Positions 27,374 to 35,544 of a stretch of 64,000 nt of DNA are shown in pieces (within the stretch, counting starts at the first letter, position 1; each line of letters begins with the position of its first letter). The notes under the pieces are model-generated. The model was not told where the DNA came from. It made no database searches and saw nothing but the letters and a program-made list of their open reading frames with translations. The stretch spans positions 26,941 through 90,940 of the forward strand of contig JAZNIX010000036.1 in assembly GCA_045577715.1 (NCBI GenBank), written 5' to 3'. The DNA comes from Faecousia sp. Lineage in GTDB: Bacteria > Bacillota > Clostridia > Oscillospirales > Oscillospiraceae. The translations under genes were made by a program, and so were the position numbers.

Positions 27374-27475
27374 TTACGGTTCCAGATTTACTTCATCAAA
27401 AAGTGGTGACTGAAAGAATTCTGTGATACCGACCTCATGGTTGATCCGCAGTTGCACAGAATCAATAGATGTAGT
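27374..27475 (-). pseudogene. Probable C-terminal remnant of a small XRE-family HTH gene
   Basis: Minus strand reads ...SIDSVQLRINHEVGITEFFQSPLFDEVNLEP*. This resembles C-termini of clostridial XRE regulators, with no intact N-terminus seen. Confidence 0.45.
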
Positions 27476-27551
27476 GAAGAATGTTGTTGATTTATAAATG
27501 CCGTTGTGTTAAGATAAAAATAACACTAATTAAATAGAGAGGTGCGTACAT

Positions 27552-28496
27552 ATGATTGGTCAAGCTTTGAAAAAACTGGCTAAAGAAAATGGAATGTGTG
27601 TTTCTAACGGCGTAGCTTACGGCAGCCTGCGGGGATATGCAGCTACCATGTCGGAAGGCGCGGGATACAAGCAGATCGTTTTTTCTGCAGCTTTCCCGGA
27701 TCCGGCCCAAAAAGGATTGTTTATGGATGTGGTGAACGGCACGGATGTGCAAAAGCTCTATCGAGTGCGGCAACTGGGCATTTCGCCTCGCACCATCCAG
27801 GTAGTATTTTTGGATAATCCCGGTACGATGAAAAAGATCACGGCGTTTCTGGACTGGTTTATACCGCTGTTGGATCAGCATATGGCAACAAAGGCAGATG
27901 TCTGCCCTGAGTGCGGTGCGCAAACTGTCGGCGGCTGCTGGAAAATGGTCAACGGTGTAGCGCATTATATGCATGAAAGCTGCGCGCAGAAGCTGCGTGA
28001 TGAGATCGCTGTGGAGAATGAGACCCGGCAGCAGGAGGCGACCGGTTCTTACGCACTGGGGCTGGCAGGAGCTTTGCTTGGCTCGGTCATCGGTGCAGTG
28101 GTTTGGGCCATTGTGCTGTGCTTGGGCTATGTGGCATCTCTGGTAGGCCTGCTCATCGGTTGGCTGGCGGAAAAGGGTTATACCCTTTTACGGGGCAAGC
28201 AGGGCAAGGCTAAGATTGCCATTTTGATCGTTGCGATCATTGTGGGTGTGTTGGTTGGTACATTGGGTGGCTATGCGTTGTCCTTTGCCCAGTTGATCGC
28301 CGAGGATGAGGCTGGCATTATGACTTACAGCGATATTCCCATGCTGATGGAATTCACTCTGACAGACCCCGAAACCCAAGGCTATGTGCTGAGGGATGTG
28401 GGCATGGGCCTGCTGTTCGCAGCGCTGGGCGTGTTTGCGCTGCTGCGTAAGGCCGGCAAGGAAGTCGCAGATACCAAATTTGTAGACCTGAAATAA
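27552..28496 (+). CDS. Hypothetical membrane protein with a zinc-ribbon-like segment
   Basis: CPECG...HYMHESC followed by about four TM helices; RBS gaggtg. Confidence 0.75.
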   Translation: MIGQALKKLAKENGMCVSNGVAYGSLRGYAATMSEGAGYKQIVFSAAFPDPAQKGLFMDVVNGTDVQKLYRVRQLGISPRTIQVVFLDNPGTMKKITAFLDWFIPLLDQHMATKADVCPECGAQTVGGCWKMVNGVAHYMHESCAQKLRDEIAVENETRQQEATGSYALGLAGALLGSVIGAVVWAIVLCLGYVASLVGLLIGWLAEKGYTLLRGKQGKAKIAILIVAIIVGVLVGTLGGYALSFAQLIAEDEAGIMTYSDIPMLMEFTLTDPETQGYVLRDVGMGLLFAALGVFALLRKAGKEVADTKFVDLK

Positions 28497-28581
28497 ACCT
28501 AAGCAGGGGGGCGTGGCCCTCCTGCTTTTTGGTATGAAGCATTTTCCATAAGGGCATAATACTGCCAAAGGAGGCGGTGTT

Positions 28582-28833
28582 ATGGTAAAAGGAATTTCCA
28601 GACAGGTGATTGTGGTGCGCAGTCCCGACCCAAAGCTGTTTGAACAGGCGATTTTTATTCTTCGGGAGGATGCCAAGGCCGTGACGGATGCGGAGCTTTT
28701 GAAGGAAGCGAGGCTGGCAGTCCGGGGCTCCGTTCGGGAGGGAAGAAAAATCAGAAGACGGACAGAGCCTCTTTGGGTCGGTGCCGGCGCCGGACTTATG
28801 GGTTTGGCTTGGTGGATTTGCAGCGTGCTTTGA
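28582..28833 (+). CDS. Small conserved hypothetical protein with C-terminal TM helix
   Basis: Strong RBS aaggagg; MVKGISRQVIVV...FEQAIFIL. Confidence 0.7.
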   Translation: MVKGISRQVIVVRSPDPKLFEQAIFILREDAKAVTDAELLKEARLAVRGSVREGRKIRRRTEPLWVGAGAGLMGLAWWICSVL

Positions 28834-28877
28834 CTTGCGAAACAAGTCGCAGTGTGGTATAATCCTCCCGAAAAGGG

Positions 28878-29852
28878 GTGGTAGCACTGCAAATCGGAAC
28901 GCTTCAAGTAGACAATCCTATAGCTTTAGGCCCTATGGCCGGGGTGACAGACTGGGCCTTTCGCACGGTCTGTGCGGAGCTGGGCGCTGGGATTACAGTG
29001 ACGGAGATGGTGTCCTCCCGGGCGCTGGTTTATCAGGATAAAAAAAGTGCCGCCCTGTTGCGCAAAAACGCAGGAAGCCTCTGTGGGGCGCAGATTTTCG
29101 GAAATGACCCGAAAATCATGGCAGAAGCGGCGGTATTGGCCTTGGAAATCTCCGGCTGTGATTTTTTGGATATCAATATGGGCTGTCCCATGCCGAAAAT
29201 TGCCAATTCGGGGGATGGCTGTGGGTTAATGCGCACACCGGAGCTGGCAGGAAAAATCGTGTCGGCGGTGGCAAAGGCTGTAGCTGTCCCGGTTACGGTA
29301 AAATGCCGTCTGGGCTGGGATAAGGGCAGTATCAATGTGCTGGACTTTACCAAGCGGATGGAAGATAACGGCGCTTCTATGGTTGCCGTCCACGGAAGAA
29401 CCCGGGGGATGCTTTATTCCGGTGTGGCGGACTGGGATATGATTACCAAGGTCAAGGAGAATTTGTCCATTCCGGTGCTGGCCAATGGGGATATCGTCAG
29501 CGGGGAAGTGGCAGTAAAATGCCTGAAGCGCACTGGCGCTGACGGCGTGATGATTGGCCGGGCATCCTTTGGCGACCCATGGATTTTTGCAGAGGCAAAA
29601 GCAGCCCTGGAGGGCAGGAGTGCCCCGGAGCGGCCTAAGCTTGCAGACCGGATTTCTGTGGCAGTTCGGCAGTTTGAGCTGTCAGCTCAGGACCACGGGG
29701 AACATATCGCCTGTTTGGAGGCTAGGAAGCATTTTGCATGGTATCTCCGGGGGGTGGCTCACAGCAGTTTTTATAAAAATCAAATTTCTTCCATGAACAC
29801 CATGGAGGATATTTACGCCATTGCCAAGGAAATCTGCCGCAATTTGCAATAA
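28878..29852 (+). CDS. dusB: tRNA-dihydrouridine synthase B
   Basis: PMAGVTD, DINMGCP, VHGRT, ANGDI and GVMIGR. Promoter TTGCGA-N17-TATAAT at 28835-28863. Confidence 0.9.
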   Translation: MVALQIGTLQVDNPIALGPMAGVTDWAFRTVCAELGAGITVTEMVSSRALVYQDKKSAALLRKNAGSLCGAQIFGNDPKIMAEAAVLALEISGCDFLDINMGCPMPKIANSGDGCGLMRTPELAGKIVSAVAKAVAVPVTVKCRLGWDKGSINVLDFTKRMEDNGASMVAVHGRTRGMLYSGVADWDMITKVKENLSIPVLANGDIVSGEVAVKCLKRTGADGVMIGRASFGDPWIFAEAKAALEGRSAPERPKLADRISVAVRQFELSAQDHGEHIACLEARKHFAWYLRGVAHSSFYKNQISSMNTMEDIYAIAKEICRNLQ

Positions 29853-29905
29853 GTGGGAAGTATAAACTGTCCGCCGTTTCGCATCCTAAGCCATGAGGTG
29901 AGGGA

Positions 29906-30859
29906 ATGAAACGGCGGATTTTATTATGTCTTTTGGCTTTGGCGTTGGTGATTGTACCGGTGGGAGCAGAACCCATACGGTGGGTGGATTTTGGCGTGCC
30001 CTATGAGTCCTTAAAATATGCGCTGGAGCAGGATATCGCCACCTATGAGCAGGAAAGGCATACGGATTGGATTACGATTTTATCCCTGGCGGCCTGCCGA
30101 ACAGGCGGAAAATGTTCTCTTACATCGGTGAAAAAGGCCGCGACGGAACTCAAAGGAGAAAAAGCACCGAAAGAGCTGGCTGGGAATTTGGGAAAATACT
30201 ATGATTATTACCATGAGGCGTTCACTGCCGCTCTTGGGGGATTGGTGGGTAGTTACGCCATAGAGGTGGACGGACAGTGGAAGCCCCAGTATGGCCTCAA
30301 GGCCTTTTCTCCCATTGCCGCTGGCTACGGATACAGCCATTGTGACGATTTTGGTGTCAGCCGGTCCTTCGGTTTTCAGCGAAAGCATTTGGGGAATGAT
30401 TTAATGGGCGCAGGAGGAACACCCATCGTGGCCGTAGAGGGTGGTGTAGTAGAGGTCATGGGTTGGAATCGCTACGGCGGCTGGCGGGTTGGTATCCGTT
30501 CTTTTGACAACAAACGCTATTACTATTATGCCCATTTGCAAAAGGATAAGCCCTTTGCTGAGGGCTTGCAGGAAGGGGATATTGTGCAGGCCGGGGATTT
30601 GATTGGATTTATGGGGCGTACCGGTTATTCGGATAAAGAAAATGTCAACAATATAGAAACCGTTCATCTGCATTTCGGTTTGGAGCTGGTGTTTGATGAG
30701 AGTCAGAAGGAGTGCAATTCGGAAATTTGGATTGATGTGTATGACCTTGTCCGGCTTTTATCCCAACACCGTAGCAGTATCCGCCGGGTGGATGGCGCTT
30801 GGCAGCGAGTTTACCCTTATCGGGACTTGGATATTGAGGAATATCCCAAAGAAGCATAA
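29906..30859 (+). CDS. Secreted M23 family metallopeptidase
   Basis: Signal peptide; HLGND, YYYAHL and HLHFG motifs. Confidence 0.85.
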   Translation: MKRRILLCLLALALVIVPVGAEPIRWVDFGVPYESLKYALEQDIATYEQERHTDWITILSLAACRTGGKCSLTSVKKAATELKGEKAPKELAGNLGKYYDYYHEAFTAALGGLVGSYAIEVDGQWKPQYGLKAFSPIAAGYGYSHCDDFGVSRSFGFQRKHLGNDLMGAGGTPIVAVEGGVVEVMGWNRYGGWRVGIRSFDNKRYYYYAHLQKDKPFAEGLQEGDIVQAGDLIGFMGRTGYSDKENVNNIETVHLHFGLELVFDESQKECNSEIWIDVYDLVRLLSQHRSSIRRVDGAWQRVYPYRDLDIEEYPKEA

Positions 30860-30894
30860 AAATTCATGGGGCCCCCTGGGAACCCGCAATTTAT

Positions 30895-33411
30895 TTATTT
30901 GGAAATGCTGTTGCCGGCGGTGTCAGCACCGTCACCGGTCAGGCCCAAACGCTGAGCCGCATCCTGCCGCATTTTGTATTTGAGGATTTTTCCCGCGGCA
31001 TTCATCGGGAACGAATCCACAAATTCAATGTATTTCGGCACTTTATGGCGAGCCATGCTGGCCTTGATATAGTCCGTAAGCTCCTGCGTGGTTAAGGAAT
31101 CGGGTTCTTTCAGAATGACACAGGCCATGATTTCTTCGCCGTACTTTTTATCCGGTACGCCGATGACCTGCACATCCCGAACTGCCGGGTGGGTGTAAAT
31201 AAATTCCTCAATTTCCTTGGGGTAGATATTTTCACCGCCGCGGATAATCATATCCTTCAGCCGGCCGGTAATTTGGTAATTGCCGTTGCTGTCCCGGCAG
31301 GCCAGGTCGCCGGAGTGAAGCCAGCCTTCGCTGTCCACCGTGTCTTTGGTGGCCTGGGGCATTTTATAGTAGCCCTTCATGGTGTTGTAGCCCCGGGAGC
31401 AGAATTCGCCGTTGACACCCGCTGCCACTTCCTCGCCGGTTTCCGGGTCAATGATTTTGCACTGCACATGGGGGAAGGGATATCCCACGGTATTGGTACG
31501 CACATCCAGAGAATCGGTCCATGCGGACATGGTAGAACCGGGGGCGGATTCCGTCTGGCCGTAGACACTGACGATGCCCCGCATATTCATTTCATCCGGC
31601 TGGGCCGCCCGGCGCATCAGCTCCGGAGGACATCCTGCGCCGGCCATGATGCCGGTACGCATATGGGAAAAATCCGTATTCCGGTAGTCCGGATGGTTGA
31701 ACATGGCGATGAACATGGTGGGAACGCCGTTAAAGCAGGTAATTTTTTCCTGATTGATGCAGGCAAGGGAAGACTTGGCGGAGAAATAGGGCAGAGGACA
31801 AAGGGTTGCGCCGTGGGTCATGGAGGAGGTCATGGACAGCACCATGCCAAAGCAGTGGAACATGGGCACTTGAATCATCATCCGGTCCGCGGTGGAAAGG
31901 CCCATCCGGTCACCGATACATTTGCCGTTGTTCACTACATTATAATGGGTCAGCATGACACCCTTGGGAAAGCCGGTGGTGCCGGAGGTGTACTGCATAT
32001 TGCACACATCGTCCGGGCGAACTGCCGCGGCCATCCGGGCTACCTGCTCGGCGCTGACCATGTCATAACGGGCCATAGCCTCATCAAAGGTGAGACAGCC
32101 CGGCTGACGGAAGCCCACGGTGATGACATTGCGCAGGAAGGGAAGCCGCTTGCAATGCAGAGGCTGACCTGCCTTGCTGTTTGCAATCTCCGGGCACAGC
32201 TCGTTGATAATGCCCCGATAATTAGAGTCCAAGCAGGATTCAATCATCACCAGTGTGTGGGTGTCGGATTGGCGTAGCAGATATTCTGCTTCGTGGGATT
32301 TATAAGCGGTATTCACAGTGACTAAGATAGCGCCGATTTTGGTGGTTGCCCAGAAAGTGATATACCATGCCGGCACATTGGTTGCCCAAATAGCCACCTT
32401 TTTACCGGCGGTGACGCCCATGGATACCAAAGCCCGGGCAAAGCGGTCCACATCCGTGTGGAATTGCTGGTAAGTACGGGTGTAGTCCAAAGTGGTGTAC
32501 TTAAAGGCGTATTGGTCGGGGAATTCCTCTGTGACTCTGTCCAGCACCTGAGAGAAGGTCAGGTCAATCAGTTCGTCCTTTTTCCAGATATACTGTCCTG
32601 TGCCGTCGTGATTGAAATACAGGGACTTTTTACTTCCCCGGGGATTGCCGTAGCGGTTCATGTAGTTGACGAAGTAGGGGAAAATGACTTCCCGGTCCTG
32701 CAGCTCAATGAGCCATTCCGGCTTCCATTCCAGAGAGATAAAGCCATCGTAATTGACCGAGGACAGCGCACGCATCACATCGTCAATAGGCATACTGCCT
32801 TCGCCGATGAGCTGGTAATTGCCCTCGTCATCAGAATCCCGCAGATGGACATGACGGACATAATTGCCTAAGTTTTTAATGGTGGTATCCCCGGATTCTC
32901 CATTGTCCCGGTAGGTATGGTGCACATCCCACAGTGCCGCCAAATGGTCACAGGCGAATTCGTCCATCATTTTCCGCAGTCTGGCGGTATCGGAATATAT
33001 TCCGCTGGTTTTTAGAAGCAGGGTCACACCTGTGGCTTCTGCCTGCTTAACCAGAGAAACCAAACGCTGATATACAGCATCCTCATCATCACACAGGGCG
33101 CAGGCCACCACATAGGGGACCTGGGTGTTTCGGGCAGTTTCCATCAGCGAAGACAGAATTTCCACGCAATCGTCCTGGGAGGAAAGGTCGCAGGAGGTAT
33201 CAAAGCAGGGAATATTCAGCTGATTTTCCCGAAGCTGACGGGCAGTGGCCGCCGCTTGGTATTTATGAAAGGGGCCGCCCCGGTCCTGCATAGCACTTTG
33301 CTTTTGCAGATTGTAAACCTCAATGCCGGAAAAGCCCATATCCTTGGCGGTGGAAATCATTTCCTCCCAAGAAAGCTCCGGCCAGCCCCGGGTAGAAAAG
33401 GAGAGATTCAT
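30895..33411 (-). CDS. Fusion of a xylose-isomerase/AP-endonuclease-like TIM barrel and an AMP-forming acyl-CoA synthetase
   Basis: N-terminal ~260 aa with GIEV, LWDVHH, HVHLRD and ISLEW. C-terminal ANL motifs YTSGTTGFPKG, YGQTE, SGDL, GRLKDMIIRGGENI and GKILK. Confidence 0.88.
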   Translation of the reverse strand: MNLSFSTRGWPELSWEEMISTAKDMGFSGIEVYNLQKQSAMQDRGGPFHKYQAAATARQLRENQLNIPCFDTSCDLSSQDDCVEILSSLMETARNTQVPYVVACALCDDEDAVYQRLVSLVKQAEATGVTLLLKTSGIYSDTARLRKMMDEFACDHLAALWDVHHTYRDNGESGDTTIKNLGNYVRHVHLRDSDDEGNYQLIGEGSMPIDDVMRALSSVNYDGFISLEWKPEWLIELQDREVIFPYFVNYMNRYGNPRGSKKSLYFNHDGTGQYIWKKDELIDLTFSQVLDRVTEEFPDQYAFKYTTLDYTRTYQQFHTDVDRFARALVSMGVTAGKKVAIWATNVPAWYITFWATTKIGAILVTVNTAYKSHEAEYLLRQSDTHTLVMIESCLDSNYRGIINELCPEIANSKAGQPLHCKRLPFLRNVITVGFRQPGCLTFDEAMARYDMVSAEQVARMAAAVRPDDVCNMQYTSGTTGFPKGVMLTHYNVVNNGKCIGDRMGLSTADRMMIQVPMFHCFGMVLSMTSSMTHGATLCPLPYFSAKSSLACINQEKITCFNGVPTMFIAMFNHPDYRNTDFSHMRTGIMAGAGCPPELMRRAAQPDEMNMRGIVSVYGQTESAPGSTMSAWTDSLDVRTNTVGYPFPHVQCKIIDPETGEEVAAGVNGEFCSRGYNTMKGYYKMPQATKDTVDSEGWLHSGDLACRDSNGNYQITGRLKDMIIRGGENIYPKEIEEFIYTHPAVRDVQVIGVPDKKYGEEIMACVILKEPDSLTTQELTDYIKASMARHKVPKYIEFVDSFPMNAAGKILKYKMRQDAAQRLGLTGDGADTAGNSISK

Positions 33412-34817
33412 GCTTCTGCCTCCTCATAAACGATTTTGTTGAGGGCACTCAAGTAGGCCCGAATACTGGCGCCGACAATGTCGGTAGAGATGCCCCGACC
33501 GGAATGGACCTTGCCGCCGGAGCGGAGCTTCACCACCGTTTGACCCATGGCCTCGCGACCCTCGGTGACAGCCTGAATCTGGAAATCATCCAGCTCATAG
33601 TGATGGCCGGTAATCCGCTCAATGGCCTGAAATGCCGCATCAATGGGGCCGTCACCAATGCAAACGCCTTCAAGAACGGTATCTGCCCGGTGAAGCTTCA
33701 TATGTGCCGTGGCGGAAATGGTATTGCCGGAGGTAATCACATAGCTTTCCAATATGTAAGTAGGAGGTACCTGCATGGCAGCAGAGGCCACAATGGCATC
33801 CAGCTCTTTGATGCTGACCTGCTCTTTTTTTGCGGCAATGTTCCGGAAGGCTTCAAAAACCCGAACCCCATCCTCCTCGGAAAGGTCATAGCCCAGTCTT
33901 TCCACTGCCTTCAGCACCGCACCGATTTCATCGTGGGCTGTGAGGAAAATGCCGGAATCTTCTTGAATGCTGCTGTCAAAAGGAGATGCCTTGCTTTGGC
34001 CGGGTTGGCACATTCTGTTGATTTGTGCGATGGCGCGGCTCAGCTGGGTAACATGGATACCGCACTGAACGCCCAGCTGCTCTCCTTTGGCATCCAAAAT
34101 CCGGGCAACATGGGAAAGATTGGCAGTATCAATGGGATAGGCGGCGGCTTTGATTTCTGCAGCGCCCTGGGCTGCGGCGGCTACACAGCAGGCATCCGCC
34201 ATGGCGATGGTATTGGCACAGTTTACGCCAAGGCAAACCGATTTCAGCGCAGGAACGGTTTCGTACAGATTGCCAATAAATGCCCCAAATTCTTCCGGCA
34301 AAGATGTGCCGGCGGTGTCACAAACAGTGACGGTGGAAGCACCGGCATCGATGGCTGCGGTGATGGCCTGCTTCAGCAGAGCCGGTTCGCTCCGGGTGGC
34401 ATCCTGAGCGATAAATTCCACATCTTCACATAAGCTGCGGCACAGCGCTGTGATTTGGGCAATGGCCGTAAGCATGGCATCCGGCTTTTTGTGAAACAGG
34501 TATTCCATCTGCACCGGGCTGACGGAGGCGCAAACCTGCAGCCGGGGATGATTGGCAAGACGAAGCGCATTCCAGGTGTTGCGGACACTGTCTTCGCTAA
34601 GGGCCACAGGAACGGCTACCACGCTGTCTGTAACAGCACTGGCCACGGATTTAATTCGCAAGCTGTCCAGCCGGGGATTTTCCAGACCTTCCAGCTCAAT
34701 GACCGCCGTACCCAGCTTATCCAACTGCTTTGCCAGCTCAATTTTTTCCTTAAAGGACAGAGAGAAATTCTCTGCCGCCTGCTTCATAGTGATGTCACTG
34801 ATTTTGATATGATTCAT
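33408..34817 (-). CDS. LeuA (2-isopropylmalate synthase)-like protein with degenerate catalytic motifs and an intact C-terminal allosteric domain
   Basis: LeuA fold (EKIELAKQLDKLG, QDATRS, GDGPIDAAF, STDIVGAS). The DTTLRDG, HxHxD and GERAGN motifs appear as DITMKQA, NCANT and PIDTAN. Confidence 0.8.
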   Translation of the reverse strand: MNHIKISDITMKQAAENFSLSFKEKIELAKQLDKLGTAVIELEGLENPRLDSLRIKSVASAVTDSVVAVPVALSEDSVRNTWNALRLANHPRLQVCASVSPVQMEYLFHKKPDAMLTAIAQITALCRSLCEDVEFIAQDATRSEPALLKQAITAAIDAGASTVTVCDTAGTSLPEEFGAFIGNLYETVPALKSVCLGVNCANTIAMADACCVAAAAQGAAEIKAAAYPIDTANLSHVARILDAKGEQLGVQCGIHVTQLSRAIAQINRMCQPGQSKASPFDSSIQEDSGIFLTAHDEIGAVLKAVERLGYDLSEEDGVRVFEAFRNIAAKKEQVSIKELDAIVASAAMQVPPTYILESYVITSGNTISATAHMKLHRADTVLEGVCIGDGPIDAAFQAIERITGHHYELDDFQIQAVTEGREAMGQTVVKLRSGGKVHSGRGISTDIVGASIRAYLSALNKIVYEEAEA

Positions 34818-34837
34818 ATCGTCCACTCCTCTGCATA

Positions 34838-35103
34838 TAAAAATCCCTGAGACCGATTAGACCGGTCCCAGGGACGAATTTCCATTCGCGGTACCACCCT
34901 GATTATTCTCCCAAAGGGGGAAAATCACTCTCGGACTTCCAACAAAGTCCCAGCCTGTAACGGGGCGTCCGGGTTCCATTACTGACCTCACGGCGTTCAC
35001 AGAACCGACTCGGGAACCAGACTGTCCAATTCATCCGCACCGGCTCACACCAACCGCCGGCTCTCTGGAGCGCCTCAAAGAGGACAAGATTTCCGTCAAA
35101 GTC
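34838..35103 (-). promoter_or_regulatory. T-box riboswitch, specifier CUG (Leu)
   Basis: Stem I with GA motif, AGAGA and GGTGTGA elements. CTG at 35018-35020 in the same register as the thrS T-box. T-box AATCAGGGTGGTACCGCG. Terminator tccctgggaccg...cggtctcaggga-TTTTT. Confidence 0.88.
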
Positions 35104-35212
35104 TTTAATACTATAATGGAATCATTTAAGCACAAAGAAAAGGATTTGTCAACGCTTTTTTTGAAAGTTTTTTATGAATTCAAAAAAATGTTTGTTTTCG
35201 GAGAAAAAACAT

Positions 35213-35241
35213 TTGACTTTTTCCTGCGCACATGCTACAAT
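35213..35241 (+). promoter_or_regulatory. Sigma-A promoter (extended -10) upstream of the Ile T-box
   Basis: TTGACT-N17-TACAAT with TG at -15/-14. Confidence 0.7.
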
Positions 35242-35259
35242 GACTCCAATATCGCAAAA

Positions 35260-35520
35260 GGCTTTGACGAAGACGGTCAGGCCGGTGGAATCTCCAGAGA
35301 GTCAGCGGTTGGTGTGAGCTGATGGTTTCCCGCCAAAAGACCCATCCCTTCCGAGCCGGAGGACCGAACGGAAACACTAGTAGGATTCTCCCGTCTGCCC
35401 ACGTTACGGGATAGGACTTGTTGGAGTCTGAAGTGGCGGCCGAGTGCCGCAATTTGAGTGGTACCGCGGGTAATATATACTCGTCTCAAGGATTATTTCT
35501 TGAGACGTGTTTTTATTTTA
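35260..35520 (+). promoter_or_regulatory. T-box riboswitch, specifier AUC (Ile)
   Basis: Stem I ggct-ttga-c-gaag ... c-ATC-c-cttc-c-ga-gcc (ATC at 35344-35346). T-box AATTTGAGTGGTACCGCG. Terminator cgtctcaag...cttgagacg followed by a T tract. Confidence 0.88.
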
Positions 35521-35544
35521 TTTTTTAGGAAAGGAGATTTCCCC

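Noticed and set aside
33408-34817. Calling this gene a functional leuA or a pseudogene
   Set aside because: Catalytic motifs are missing, so it is not a credible enzyme. The ORF, RBS, T-box and allosteric domain are intact, so it is not a decayed gene either.
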